Source: a virus (taxonomy: Duplodnaviria; Heunggongvirae; Uroviricota; Caudoviricetes). Taken from it: a stretch of DNA of 25,408 nucleotides. Below are positions 1 through 9,196 of this stretch, in pieces. The notes below the pieces were generated by a model. The model worked only from the letters and a program-made list of their open reading frames with translations, was not told where the DNA came from and ran no database searches. Every line of letters starts with the position of its first letter. The stretch's first letter is position 1. Made by a program: the position numbers and the translations under genes. The stretch lies in IMG/VR virus record IMGVR_UViG_2734482775_000005, one strand, 5' to 3'.

Positions 1-1053
1 TTACGGGGTAATGCCAACCGCTGCCGCCACTTTGTCGCCACTTGGCAGCGTTGCCAGAGGATTGAAACGGAGCGCCGTTTCCAGATGATCCGGTGCCAGA
101 TGTGCGTAACGCATAGTCATTTTTATATCGTGGTGTCCGAGAATTTTTTGTAAGGCCAGAATGTTTCCACCCGACATCATGAAGTGCGCTGCAAACGTAT
201 GGCGCAGAACGTGTGTGAGTTGACCGCGAGGGAGCACGATAGACGTTTTTTCCATCACGGATAAAAATTGAAAATAGCAGTCTGTGAAGAAATTGAACCC
301 ATCGAGCGCCATGATCTCTTCGTAAAGCTCTTTACTGATAGGGATGCTTCTGTTTTTCTTCCCCTTCGTTCTGACAAAGGTAATTCGGTATTTGGTCACC
401 TGTGAGCGGGTAAGATTTACGGCTTCACGCCAGCGTGCGCCTGTGCTTAAGCATATCTTAACTACCAGTGCCAGAATTGGGTCCTGACGTTTGCAATCAG
501 CCAGCAATTCAACAATCTGCTCATGGGTAAGCCATGCCATCTCTTTTTCTGCGATGGTGAATTTTCGCATGTTCTCCAGTGGGTTCGGATACGACCATTC
601 GCCCAGACGGGATAGTTCGCTAAAAACACTACTTAGATAGCTTTGCTCCAGGTTAATGGTGACCGGGCTTGCTCCTTTCTTCCATTTCTCGCTGAAGTAG
701 ATCTCGCCTGTCAGGCGTTTATCTCGATAGTGGGCAAACATTTTAGAGGTTAGATCAGTTGCAAGGGGATTGCCCAGAGCGTCAACCATCAGCAGCAATT
801 TGTCATAGACATGCTGCCCAGCAGTCAGTGATTTACCATGTAGTTTGAACCATAGCTCAACCACGTCTTTCAGTGTTCGACGATCCACTGATTCACCTAG
901 CCAGGGCTTTGCTTCGGTTTCTTCCATCGTGTGACGCTCAAAAGCCAGAGCTTCGCCTTTGGTGGCGAATTGTTTACGCACACGACGTCCACTACGTCCG
1001 GCGGGATAACATTCGCACAGCCATTTTCCTGTGGTGAGTTTTCGTACTGCCAT
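1..1053 (-). CDS. int: Tyrosine recombinase / phage integrase (P2 family)
   Basis: 350 aa ORF; C-terminal catalytic region ...HVLRHTFAAHFMMSGGNILALQKILGHHDIKMTMRYAHL (R..H..R..Y pattern); ATG at 1053-1051, stop at 3-1. Confidence 0.9.
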   Translation of the reverse strand: MAVRKLTTGKWLCECYPAGRSGRRVRKQFATKGEALAFERHTMEETEAKPWLGESVDRRTLKDVVELWFKLHGKSLTAGQHVYDKLLLMVDALGNPLATDLTSKMFAHYRDKRLTGEIYFSEKWKKGASPVTINLEQSYLSSVFSELSRLGEWSYPNPLENMRKFTIAEKEMAWLTHEQIVELLADCKRQDPILALVVKICLSTGARWREAVNLTRSQVTKYRITFVRTKGKKNRSIPISKELYEEIMALDGFNFFTDCYFQFLSVMEKTSIVLPRGQLTHVLRHTFAAHFMMSGGNILALQKILGHHDIKMTMRYAHLAPDHLETALRFNPLATLPSGDKVAAAVGITP

Positions 1054-1078
1054 AAAAAAGCCCTCATATCAGAGGGCT
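1054..1078 (-). terminator. Intrinsic terminator-like hairpin between the cargo gene and int
   Basis: 7-bp stem AGCCCTC/GAGGGCT (1059-1065 and 1072-1078) with 6-nt loop; on the minus-strand RNA it is followed by a U-run (complement of A-run 1054-1058) and then directly by the int ATG. Confidence 0.5.
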
Positions 1079-1136
1079 AAATTTAACTGTATATACAACC
1101 AGTAATCAATGTGTGATTGCTATGAAACATACATTG

Positions 1137-2813
1137 CTAAGCAACATGTAGTTCATCGTTGGCGGAAGTGGCTGCTTTGCGTTCCTGCTCAATAGCTAGT
1201 GACTCTCTATATTCTTTCGCCTCTGCAAACATTGTCCAGTGGGCATTGATGTTCATATCTTCAATAACCGATTTAATTTCTTTAATATTTACGTTAAAAA
1301 ACTCTTTTCGTGAGTTAATTTTATTGACCTGCTTTTCGTTGAAGACTTTATGCAGATGATTTTCTAATGACGGTGCATCATCACTATAAATCATCGCATG
1401 AACATCGAACGCAAAAGGAACACTAGCATCCCCAAGTTCACGAACACGATCAAGTGGTTCAAGGCGGCGTGTCATTCCAATTTTATATACATCTTCGCCA
1501 AATGAGCCAATATTGCTAATTATATAAACATGGCCTGATCTAGTTTGTTGAGCCATAGAAATAGCTCGTTGGTTTTTAGCTTCAGCTTCTTCATATTTTA
1601 ACTGTAGTTCAGCTATTTTTTGCTCTAAAGCTAAGCGTTGTTCTTCATTTGCAAGCATAAGCTCTTTCGTCGCTTTATTTATAGCTTGCTGAATAGCTTT
1701 CTCTTCTTTTTCGGCTTCTTTTATCGCTTTTTCATACTCTCTACGAGCTCTTTCCTCTTCACGAAGCTGTTCTTTAATCCTTCTTTGCTCCTCTTTTTCT
1801 TCGAGCATAATTTCATTAACTGCAACTCCCCATTTTAGCTCGTTGAGTCGTGCCTGAAGATAGATGTCACTTATTTTTGCGGATTTAAAAGCAGAGCCAT
1901 TATAATTTACAAGTTGAAATGCATCTTTTATTTCTTGGGAAAGTTTTCCAAAATTGTTGTGTTTGACTTTTGATAAAATACTGTCAACTCTTCCATTGAA
2001 GGCATCCAAAACAAAGTTGATAGCAGTATTACGCCTGTTTTGCTCAACATAATCACACGAAGCTGCTTTATTAGTTTTTATTAATGATTTTGTTAACTCC
2101 CTGGCTTTTTGTAATTCCTTGCCTGCATCTGTAAACTCATAATTTTCTGCCAATTCATCAAGTACACTGCGGTTAGGGATGATCCATTCATCGCCATAAC
2201 CTTCAATTTTATTTTTCATTGATTTGGCAACTGCTTCATATTTTTCTGCAAACTCTTTAGCTTCATATGCTGAACCAGCAATCTCTTTTGCTCTTTCTTC
2301 TGCATCGGAAATAATTTTTACTGCGTTGTCATTAGCATTTGAGATCAGCTCATTTGCTTTACTGTTGGCATTATCAAGACGTTCTTTGGCTTTCAGGCGT
2401 GCATCGCGAGCGTCTTTGGTGATTGCTATAGCTTCGCTATTAGCGTTGCTTATTGTTATCTGAGCTTGATAATTTGCTTCGTTTACTGTCTTAGCAGCCT
2501 TTATTTGGGCTTCTTCTATTTTTTGCCTGGCTATTGAGTCTGCATTTTTTATCTTATTCTCTGCTTCCATCACTGCGCTGTGCAATTCTACGTATTGCCA
2601 TAATGGTGCAGCTCGTCCTTCAAGCTCTGATAGATCTCGTACAGTCTGTGCTAATTCTTCTTGATTTTCTTTCAGTTGGCTGGAAAGAGCTATGTTGTTA
2701 GCCGTCAGGTTATCTATGGCGGTTTTGTGTTCTTTACTTTGCTTAAATAATATTATAGCTAGAACAGGGGCGAGAAATGCTAATAAGAATATAACGATGG
2801 AAAATGAATTCAT
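1137..2813 (-). CDS. Membrane-anchored coiled-coil protein with C-terminal T5orf172/GIY-YIG-like (MUG113-type) domain; DUF4041-like architecture; candidate defence/abortive-infection cargo
   Basis: 558 aa; N-terminal hydrophobic helix MNSFSIVIFLLAFLAPVLAIILF; about 400 aa of K/E/A-rich heptad-like coiled coil; C-terminal motif GHVYIISNIGSFGEDVYKIGMTRRLEPLDRVRELGDASVPFAFDVHAMIY...EFF; AAGGA RBS 8 nt upstream of ATG at 2813; AT-rich relative to phage core. Confidence 0.75.
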   Translation of the reverse strand: MNSFSIVIFLLAFLAPVLAIILFKQSKEHKTAIDNLTANNIALSSQLKENQEELAQTVRDLSELEGRAAPLWQYVELHSAVMEAENKIKNADSIARQKIEEAQIKAAKTVNEANYQAQITISNANSEAIAITKDARDARLKAKERLDNANSKANELISNANDNAVKIISDAEERAKEIAGSAYEAKEFAEKYEAVAKSMKNKIEGYGDEWIIPNRSVLDELAENYEFTDAGKELQKARELTKSLIKTNKAASCDYVEQNRRNTAINFVLDAFNGRVDSILSKVKHNNFGKLSQEIKDAFQLVNYNGSAFKSAKISDIYLQARLNELKWGVAVNEIMLEEKEEQRRIKEQLREEERARREYEKAIKEAEKEEKAIQQAINKATKELMLANEEQRLALEQKIAELQLKYEEAEAKNQRAISMAQQTRSGHVYIISNIGSFGEDVYKIGMTRRLEPLDRVRELGDASVPFAFDVHAMIYSDDAPSLENHLHKVFNEKQVNKINSRKEFFNVNIKEIKSVIEDMNINAHWTMFAEAKEYRESLAIEQERKAATSANDELHVA

Positions 2814-2833
2814 TTTTAAATCCTTTTACTATA

Positions 2834-3430
2834 TCAATTTGAAACTATTGTACTTCTTATACAAGCAACCACTTCAATATCAGAAAATGCACATTCAAAG
2901 CTATTCTCTGTAGTTGTAATTTTAATCATACCTTTTGGAAGCTTTGTGATTTTTCGAATGGAATAGGTTCCGTCGATGTTGATTAACCAGTGCCCATCAA
3001 GTACTTCAGAAAATTTTTGATCACAAATGTATGTGACAAGCCCATCCTGAATAACAATTGGTGATGAAAGATTTGCAGGAAGAAATGATGAATCGAAGAC
3101 ATATGAACCATCTTCAATCATTTTGCCTGCGGTAAGGCGAAACTTGGGAAGCTCTTCTGTGGCTACTGTCAGCGAGCTTTGCTTAAGTCCTTGCCCGGTG
3201 GTTAACCATTTCAGTGAGGTTCCTGTTTCAAGAGCACATTGGATTATCCAGTCTGCAGGAAACGTATCCCGCAAATACCTGTTCGCCAGAGTGCTTTTTG
3301 ATACTTCCAAGTGATCAGCTAAAGCCTGTCGTGTCGTAAAGCCATAAGCTTCGACTAATCGCTCAATCGCAGCCTTACCACCTTTATTGGGATTTATTTT
3401 GATCTCACTTGGGTACTTTGATGTTGACAT
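2834..3430 (-). CDS. cI: CI-type immunity repressor (N-terminal HTH, no recognisable S24 autocleavage motif; phage 186 CI-like)
   Basis: 198 aa; HTH-like segment FTTRQALADHLEVSKSTLANRYL; transcribed divergently from the early lytic operon; sits between int and the Apl/CII genes as in phage 186. Confidence 0.65.
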   Translation of the reverse strand: MSTSKYPSEIKINPNKGGKAAIERLVEAYGFTTRQALADHLEVSKSTLANRYLRDTFPADWIIQCALETGTSLKWLTTGQGLKQSSLTVATEELPKFRLTAGKMIEDGSYVFDSSFLPANLSSPIVIQDGLVTYICDQKFSEVLDGHWLINIDGTYSIRKITKLPKGMIKITTTENSFECAFSDIEVVACIRSTIVSN

Positions 3431-3452
3431 ATCTCTTTTGCGATCCTAGTAT
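3424..3452 (+). promoter_or_regulatory. Early lytic promoter (pR-like), near-consensus sigma70
   Basis: TTGACA (3424-3429), 17-bp spacer, TAGTAT (3447-3452); overlaps the cI start codon; reads toward apl/cII. Confidence 0.55.
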
Positions 3453-3525
3453 CAGTTTTGTCCCCATTTGGGTGCTTGTCACGATTACTACAGGCTCACC
3501 ACAAGCCAATAGGAGATGTTGCATC

Positions 3526-3747
3526 ATGACCCCTAACATTTCAATAACTCTGAATACGCCACATGTCACAATTGAGCGTTATAGCGAACTTACTGGTCTT
3601 TCAATCGACACAATTAACGATATGCTGGCTGACGGTCGCATCCCTCGGCATCGCCTTCGGAAAGACAAGAAAAGAGAAAAGGTGATGATCAACCTTGCTG
3701 CTCTTACCGTTGATGCACTTACTGATTGCAATGTTGTATTCAACTAG
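3526..3747 (+). CDS. Apl/Cox-like excisionase and transcriptional regulator (small HTH protein)
   Basis: 74 aa from ATG 3526 with AGGAG RBS; HTH-like [25 protein letters not shown]; first gene of the rightward early operon. The longer track ORF from 3409 is rejected because it would overlap the promoter and cI start. Confidence 0.6.
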   Translation: MTPNISITLNTPHVTIERYSELTGLSIDTINDMLADGRIPRHRLRKDKKREKVMINLAALTVDALTDCNVVFN

Positions 3748-3779
3748 TTCCATTTTGGGATACATCAGGGGTGTCGACC

Positions 3780-4289
3780 ATGTTTGATTACCAAGTTTCC
3801 AAACATCCACATTTTGATGAAGCCTGTCGTGCATTCGCACTGCGCCACAACCTGGTGCAACTGGCAGAACGTGCAGGCATGAATGTGCAGATTCTGCGGA
3901 ACAAGCTGAACCCAGCTCAACCTCATTTATTAACCGCACCAGATATCTGGCTACTTACCGATCTGACTGAAGATTCAACGCTGGTAGACGGTTTTCTGGC
4001 ACAGATTCATTGTCTGCCATGTGTACCGATTAATGAGGTGGCAAAAGAGAAACTGCCACATTACGTCATGAGTGCAACCGCAGAGATCGGGCGTGTTGCT
4101 GCAGGTGCGGTATCTGGCGATGTAAAAACCAGTGCAGGTCGTCGTGATGCTATCAGCAGCATTAACTCTGTAACACGACTGATGGCGTTGGCTGCTGTTT
4201 CATTGCAGGCCCGTTTACAGGCTAACCCTGCGATGGCGAGTGCAGTTGATACCGTGACTGGCCTCGGTGCTTCATTCGGTTTGCTGTGA
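3780..4289 (+). CDS. cII: CII-like phage regulatory protein (phage 186 CII-like, 169 aa)
   Basis: ATG 3780 preceded by AGGGGTG RBS; position directly after apl; length matches my recollection of 186 CII. Confidence 0.55.
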   Translation: MFDYQVSKHPHFDEACRAFALRHNLVQLAERAGMNVQILRNKLNPAQPHLLTAPDIWLLTDLTEDSTLVDGFLAQIHCLPCVPINEVAKEKLPHYVMSATAEIGRVAAGAVSGDVKTSAGRRDAISSINSVTRLMALAAVSLQARLQANPAMASAVDTVTGLGASFGLL

Positions 4290-4296
4290 GGTACTT

Positions 4297-4593
4297 ATGC
4301 TGACGAAAGAACCATCATTTGCATCGCTGCTGGTAAAGCAAAGCCCGGCAATGCACTACGGTCACGGCTGGATCATGGGTGAGGATGGAAAACGCTGGCA
4401 TCCATGTCATTCACAAGATGAATTGCTGTCTGAATTGACCACGAGGAAACGGAGAAAGTCAAAATGTATGCAGCGGAAAGTGAAGTGGTTTATCAGTTTC
4501 GTTACAGAGGGGAGAGTTATTCAGTACCTGAAGATGATTTGCTCTGTTGTTATCCGTCGTTGTCGGGCGATGGCAGTTACTTTTTCACGCTAA
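4297..4593 (+). CDS. Hypothetical early protein (3' extent uncertain; overlaps next ORF out of frame)
   Basis: ATG 4297 with GAGGT RBS overlapping the cII stop; N-terminal half looks protein-like, C-terminal half is R/C/K-rich and low-complexity. Confidence 0.35.
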   Translation: MLTKEPSFASLLVKQSPAMHYGHGWIMGEDGKRWHPCHSQDELLSELTTRKRRKSKCMQRKVKWFISFVTEGRVIQYLKMICSVVIRRCRAMAVTFSR

Positions 4594-4688
4594 AAGATGG
4601 GGCGTTTTTACGGGGAGAGCAGGTTAAAGAGACGATACGAAAAAATGTATCTCCTCTTGAACGTTACCGTAATAACAAACAACGATAG
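4464..4688 (+). CDS. Hypothetical early protein
   Basis: 74 aa; ATG 4464 with GGAGAAAG RBS 6-13 nt upstream; protein-like composition. Confidence 0.4.
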   Translation: MYAAESEVVYQFRYRGESYSVPEDDLLCCYPSLSGDGSYFFTLKDGAFLRGEQVKETIRKNVSPLERYRNNKQR

Positions 4689-4710
4689 TTGCGTTTTGGG
4701 GATATGAATT

Positions 4711-5052
4711 ATGGCAATTAATGGCGCTGCGGCGACTGTTCCATTAAGCCCCGGTGAACGCCTGAATGGACTTAATCACATTGCGGAGCTAAGGGCGAAA
4801 GTTTTTGGCCTGAATATTGAGTCAGAGCTTGAGCGGTTTATTAAAGATATGCGTGATCCACGGGATATCAATAACGAACAAAATAAACGGGCACTGGCTG
4901 CTATATTCTTTATGGCAAAAATTCCAGCTGAACGTCATAGCATCAGCATTAATGAGCTGACCACTGACGAAAAGCGGGAGTTGATTAAAGCAATGAATCA
5001 TTTTCGTGCAGTGGTGAGCTTATTTCCCAGACGGCTAACCATGCCGAATTAA
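4711..5052 (+). CDS. Hypothetical early protein
   Basis: 113 aa ORF in the early operon, same orientation, short intergenic spacing. Confidence 0.5.
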   Translation: MAINGAAATVPLSPGERLNGLNHIAELRAKVFGLNIESELERFIKDMRDPRDINNEQNKRALAAIFFMAKIPAERHSISINELTTDEKRELIKAMNHFRAVVSLFPRRLTMPN

Positions 5053-5119
5053 CCAACTAATGAAATTAATGGCGTAAACCCGCCGGGTATCCCTTTATCT
5101 AAATTCAGGAGAATTGATT

Positions 5120-5353
5120 ATGCGTAATATTGAAACCCTCACGACTAAAACCAGACCGGATGATGCAGGGCTTAATATTTTACTGACAGAGGCTCGTCTG
5201 GAAGAACGCCGGGCAAGGGCTGAAGCAATGGCAGCTCGCCTTGATAGCCTGGCGTGTCATATCACATCCCGCCAGCTAAACCACGTCGAAGCAGCAGAAC
5301 TACTGCGTGTAACTGCTGAAGCAATCCAGAACGAAGCGCAGGAGATCCACTAA
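5120..5353 (+). CDS. Hypothetical early protein (helical, Ala/Glu/Arg-rich)
   Basis: ATG 5120 with AGGAGA RBS 8 nt upstream; stop overlaps next start (TAATG). Confidence 0.5.
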   Translation: MRNIETLTTKTRPDDAGLNILLTEARLEERRARAEAMAARLDSLACHITSRQLNHVEAAELLRVTAEAIQNEAQEIH

Positions 5354-5580
5354 TGGCTGATGCAATGGATCTCGTACAGCAGCGCGTTGAAGAAGAACGC
5401 CAGCGCCATATCCGTGCTGCCCGTGCCAAAACGCCGGGCGTGTCCCGCGTGCTTTGCATTGAGTGTGAAGCGCCAATTCCGCCAGCACGCCGCCGCGCCA
5501 TTCCAGGTGTGCAGCTTTGCATTACCTGTCAGGAAATCGCAGAGCTGAAAGGCAAACATTACAACGGAGGTGCTGTATGA
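5353..5580 (+). CDS. TraR/DksA-family C4 zinc-finger protein
   Basis: 75 aa; CIECEAPIPPARRRAIPGVQLCITCQ gives CxxC-17-CxxC; GGAG RBS; translationally coupled to flanking genes. Confidence 0.7.
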   Translation: MADAMDLVQQRVEEERQRHIRAARAKTPGVSRVLCIECEAPIPPARRRAIPGVQLCITCQEIAELKGKHYNGGAV

Positions 5581-6434
5581 GCACCATCCTGAAATGGGCG
5601 GGAAATAAAACCGCAATTATGTCCGAACTGAAAAAACACCTTCCTGCTGGCCCGCGACTGGTTGAACCTTTCGCAGGTTCCTGTGCTGTGATGATGGCGA
5701 CGGATTATCCAAGCTATCTGGTTGCGGATATTAATCCTGATTTAATCAACCTCTATAAAAAGGTTGCCGCTGATTGTGAATCGTTTATATCTCGCGCCAG
5801 AGTTTTATTTAAGGAAGCAAACAGGGAGGTGGCTTATTACAACATAAGGCAGGAGTTTAATTACTCAACTGAAATTACTGATTTCATGAAAGCGGTATAT
5901 TTCCTGTATCTCAATCGTCACGGTTACCGTGGTTTATGTCGCTATAACAAGAGCGGGCATTTCAACATTCCGTACGGTAATTATAAAAATCCGTATTTCC
6001 CTGAAAAAGAAATTCGCGCATTTGCAGAGAAAGCCCAGCGGGCAACGTTTATCTGCGCAAGCTTTGATGAAACGCTGGCGATGCTGCAGGTGGGGGATGT
6101 GGTGTATTGCGATCCGCCGTATGACGGTACGTTTTCCGGCTATCACACTGATGGTTTCACTGAAGATGACCAGTATCACCTGGCATCCGTTCTTGAACAT
6201 CGGTCATCAGAAGGACATCCGGTCATTGTTTCTAACAGTGACACATCCCTGATCCGTTCGCTATATCGCAATTTTACTCACCACTACATCAAGGCAAAAC
6301 GCAGCATCGGTGTGGCAGCTGGTGAGAGTAAATCTGCAACAGAAATCATCGCTGTTTCCGGGCCGCGCTGCTGGGTGGGATTTGATCCTTCGCGTGGCGT
6401 GGATAGTTCTGCCGTGTACGGAGTGCGTGCATGA
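5577..6434 (+). CDS. dam: DNA adenine methyltransferase (Dam-like, N6-adenine MTase)
   Basis: N-terminal WAGNK-type motif (LKWAGNK), FAGSCAV AdoMet-binding region, catalytic DPPY motif (CDPPYDGT); ATGA overlap with upstream stop. Confidence 0.85.
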   Translation: MSTILKWAGNKTAIMSELKKHLPAGPRLVEPFAGSCAVMMATDYPSYLVADINPDLINLYKKVAADCESFISRARVLFKEANREVAYYNIRQEFNYSTEITDFMKAVYFLYLNRHGYRGLCRYNKSGHFNIPYGNYKNPYFPEKEIRAFAEKAQRATFICASFDETLAMLQVGDVVYCDPPYDGTFSGYHTDGFTEDDQYHLASVLEHRSSEGHPVIVSNSDTSLIRSLYRNFTHHYIKAKRSIGVAAGESKSATEIIAVSGPRCWVGFDPSRGVDSSAVYGVRA

Positions 6435-8845
6435 GCCATGCTGATATGAACAACTGCAGCGGCTTTAACGAGGTCGCCGCAGCATTCTCATGGAACAGCC
6501 CGAAAAAGGCCATTAACCCTTATCTGGACCCGGCGGAAGTTGCGCCGGTTTCTGCGCTTTCAAACCTGATCACTCTGTACGCTGCCGATAACGAGCAGGA
6601 ACAGCTGCGCCGTGAGGCGCTGAGTGATCAGGTCTGGGAGCGTTATTTCTTTAATGAATCCCGTGATCCTGTCCAGCGCGAAATGGAACAGGATAAGCTC
6701 ATTAGTCGGGCAAAGCTGGCGCATGAGCAGCAGCGTTTTAATCCGGATATGGTCATTCTGGCGGACGTCAACGCCCAGCCTTCCCATATCAGCAAGCCGC
6801 TGATGCAACGTATTGAATACTTCAGCAGCCTGAGCAGGCCAAAGGCTTATTCCCGCTATTTGCGTGAGACGATTAAGCCATGTCTGGAACGACTGGAGCA
6901 TGTACGCGACAGTCAGCTATCTGCGTCTTTTCGCTTTATGGCAAGCCATGAAGGGCTGGACGGCCTGCTGATCCTGCCTGAAATGAGTCAGGATCAGGTG
7001 AAACGCCTGTCCACCCTGGTAGCTGCGCATATGAGTATGTGCCTTGATGCCGCTTGTGGCGATTTGTATGCCACCGATGACGTTAAGCCAGAAGAAATCC
7101 GCAATACATGGGAAAGGGTGGCAGCGGAAACCCTGCGTCTGGATGTCATCCCGCCTGCGTTTGAGCAACTCCGTCGGAAAAGAAACCGCCGTAAACCCGT
7201 GCCCTATGAACTCATTCCGGGTTCGCTGGCACGTATGTTGTGCGCCGACTGGTGGTATCGGAAATTATGGAAGATGCGTTGCGAATGGCGGGAAGAGCAG
7301 TTGCGTGCTGTCTGCCTTGTCAGCAAAAAAGCATCTCCCTATGTCAGCTATGAAGCCGTGTTGCATAAACGTGAGCAGCGCCGTAAGTCGCTGGAGTTTT
7401 TCCGTTCTCATGAACTGGTGAACGAAGACGGCGACACGCTGGACATGGAGGATGTGGTAAACGCCAGCAGCAGCAACCCTGCGCATCGCCGCAATGAGAT
7501 GATGGCCTGTGTTAAAGGTCTGGATCTTATCGCGGAAATGCGCGGTGACTGCGCCGTTTTCTACACCATCACCTGTCCGTCACGTTTCCATTCCACGCTA
7601 AATAACGGCAGGCCCAACCCGACCTGGACAAATGCGACGGTAAGACAAAGCAGCGATTATCTGGTCGGTATGTTTGCTGCATTTCGTAAGGCGATGCACA
7701 AAGCCGGGTTGCGCTGGTATGGCGTGCGGGTGGCTGAGCCGCATCACGACGGCACAGTTCACTGGCACCTGTTGTGTTTCATGCGCAAAAAAGACCGCCG
7801 CGCCATTACTGCATTGTTGCGTAAGTTTGCTATCCGTGAAGACCGCGAGGAGCTGGGCAATAACACGGGGCCGCGCTTTAAGTCTGAGCTGATTAACCCG
7901 CGCAAAGGAACGCCGACAAGCTACATAGCGAAATACATCAGTAAGAACATTGACGGGCGTGGTCTGGCTGGCGAGATCAGCAAGGAAACGGGTAAATCTC
8001 TGCGTGATAACGCTGAATACGTGAATGCCTGGGCGTCTTTGCATCGTGTTCAGCAATTCCGCTTCTTTGGCATTCCGGGACGTCAGGCTTACCGTGAACT
8101 GCGATTGCTGGCTGGTCAGGCGGCAAGGCAACAGGGGGACAAAAAAGCAGGTGCGCCGGTACTGGATAACCCGCGCCTTGATGCCATCCTGGCTGCTGCT
8201 GATGCTGGTTGTTTTGCCACCTACATCATGAAGCAGGGCGGCGTACTGGTTCCCCGTAAATATCACCTCATCAGAACCGCTTATGAAATCAACGAAGAGC
8301 CGACCGCCTATGGCGATCACGGCATTCGTATTTATGGCATCTGGTCACCCATTGCAGAGGGCAAGATCTGCACTCATGCAGTGAAGTGGAAAATGGTTCG
8401 TAAAGCCGTTGACGTTCAGGAGGCGGCAGCCGACCAGGGCGCTTGCGCCCCTTGGACTCGTGGCAATAACTGTCCCCTTGCTGAAAATTTGAACCAACAA
8501 GGGAAAGACAAATCAGCTGATGGGGATACCAGAACGGATATCACCCGCATGGATGACAAGGAGTTGCACGATTACCTGCACAGTATGAGCAAAAAAGAGC
8601 GCCGGGAACTGGCAGCAAGATTACGCCTGGTGAAACCGAAACGGCGTAGAGACTACAAACAGCGAATTACAGACCATCAACGACAGCAGCTCGTCTATGA
8701 ACTGAAGTCCAGAGGATTTGATGGCAGCGAGAAAGAGGTCGATTTACTCCTTCGCGGCGGCAGTATTCCGTCAGGAGCAGGCCTGCGAATCTTCTATCGG
8801 AACCAGCGTTTGCAGGAAGATGATAAGTGGCGGAACCTGTATTAA
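6431..8845 (+). CDS. A: Replication initiation endonuclease (P2 gpA-like rolling-circle initiator)
   Basis: 804 aa; HUH-type motif VHWHLL; size and position as P2/186 gene A; ATGA coupling with dam. Confidence 0.85.
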   Translation: MSHADMNNCSGFNEVAAAFSWNSPKKAINPYLDPAEVAPVSALSNLITLYAADNEQEQLRREALSDQVWERYFFNESRDPVQREMEQDKLISRAKLAHEQQRFNPDMVILADVNAQPSHISKPLMQRIEYFSSLSRPKAYSRYLRETIKPCLERLEHVRDSQLSASFRFMASHEGLDGLLILPEMSQDQVKRLSTLVAAHMSMCLDAACGDLYATDDVKPEEIRNTWERVAAETLRLDVIPPAFEQLRRKRNRRKPVPYELIPGSLARMLCADWWYRKLWKMRCEWREEQLRAVCLVSKKASPYVSYEAVLHKREQRRKSLEFFRSHELVNEDGDTLDMEDVVNASSSNPAHRRNEMMACVKGLDLIAEMRGDCAVFYTITCPSRFHSTLNNGRPNPTWTNATVRQSSDYLVGMFAAFRKAMHKAGLRWYGVRVAEPHHDGTVHWHLLCFMRKKDRRAITALLRKFAIREDREELGNNTGPRFKSELINPRKGTPTSYIAKYISKNIDGRGLAGEISKETGKSLRDNAEYVNAWASLHRVQQFRFFGIPGRQAYRELRLLAGQAARQQGDKKAGAPVLDNPRLDAILAAADAGCFATYIMKQGGVLVPRKYHLIRTAYEINEEPTAYGDHGIRIYGIWSPIAEGKICTHAVKWKMVRKAVDVQEAAADQGACAPWTRGNNCPLAENLNQQGKDKSADGDTRTDITRMDDKELHDYLHSMSKKERRELAARLRLVKPKRRRDYKQRITDHQRQQLVYELKSRGFDGSEKEVDLLLRGGSIPSGAGLRIFYRNQRLQEDDKWRNLY

Positions 8846-8936
8846 TTACGCGGGTTAACAATTCGTGCTCTTAATAATACCAGCATATCAGGCTGATGAA
8901 CGTAAAAAAACGTTTTACATCAGTAAGATTATTATA

Positions 8937-8956
8937 TACTGTAAATATAAACAGTG
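8937..8956 (+). promoter_or_regulatory. LexA-binding SOS box overlapping a promoter
   Basis: TACTGTAAATATAAACAGTG = CTGT-N8(AT-rich)-ACAG, a perfect match to the core LexA consensus; TTTACA -35-like hexamer about 20 bp upstream. Confidence 0.7.
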
Positions 8957-8997
8957 ATTATACATACAGTATTGCGTGTGGTGTCATAGGAGGAAAG

Positions 8998-9186
8998 ATG
9001 CAGGACTATTTTTTGGAGTCTTTGAAGCTCCAGCGCATTGATTTTTTTCTTAAGCTTGTAGCGGCTAGTGAGTGTAGTGATGAAGAGAAGGGGCTGGCTC
9101 TGCAGTGGGTTTCTGAATTGACTGATGAACTCATGGCAAAAATCAGAACCCACGAATACAACCGCTCAATGGATGTCATCAGCTGA
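8998..9186 (+). CDS. Small SOS-controlled protein, candidate antirepressor (Tum-like role)
   Basis: 62 aa from ATG 8998 with AGGAGGA RBS, directly downstream of the LexA box; the longer track ORF from 8896 would begin upstream of the box. Confidence 0.45.
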   Translation: MQDYFLESLKLQRIDFFLKLVAASECSDEEKGLALQWVSELTDELMAKIRTHEYNRSMDVIS

Positions 9187-9196
9187 GGTGACTTTT

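Noticed and set aside
2834-3430. LexA-like self-cleaving (S24 peptidase) repressor
   Set aside because: No recognisable Ala-Gly/Cys-Gly cleavage site or Ser...Lys catalytic motif (no GDSM-like segment) in the C-terminal half; a LexA-controlled operon nearby argues for antirepressor-mediated induction.
5353-5580. Identifying the zinc-finger protein as the late activator Ogr/B
   Set aside because: Cysteine spacing is CxxC-17-CxxC (TraR/DksA-like), not the Ogr-type arrangement as I recall it, and the gene sits in the early operon upstream of A. The real late activator is expected outside the window.
8896-8997. Longer 96-aa form of the small SOS-operon ORF starting at 8896
   Set aside because: It would start upstream of the LexA box and promoter that appear to drive the operon; the internal ATG at 8998 has a strong AGGAGGA RBS.
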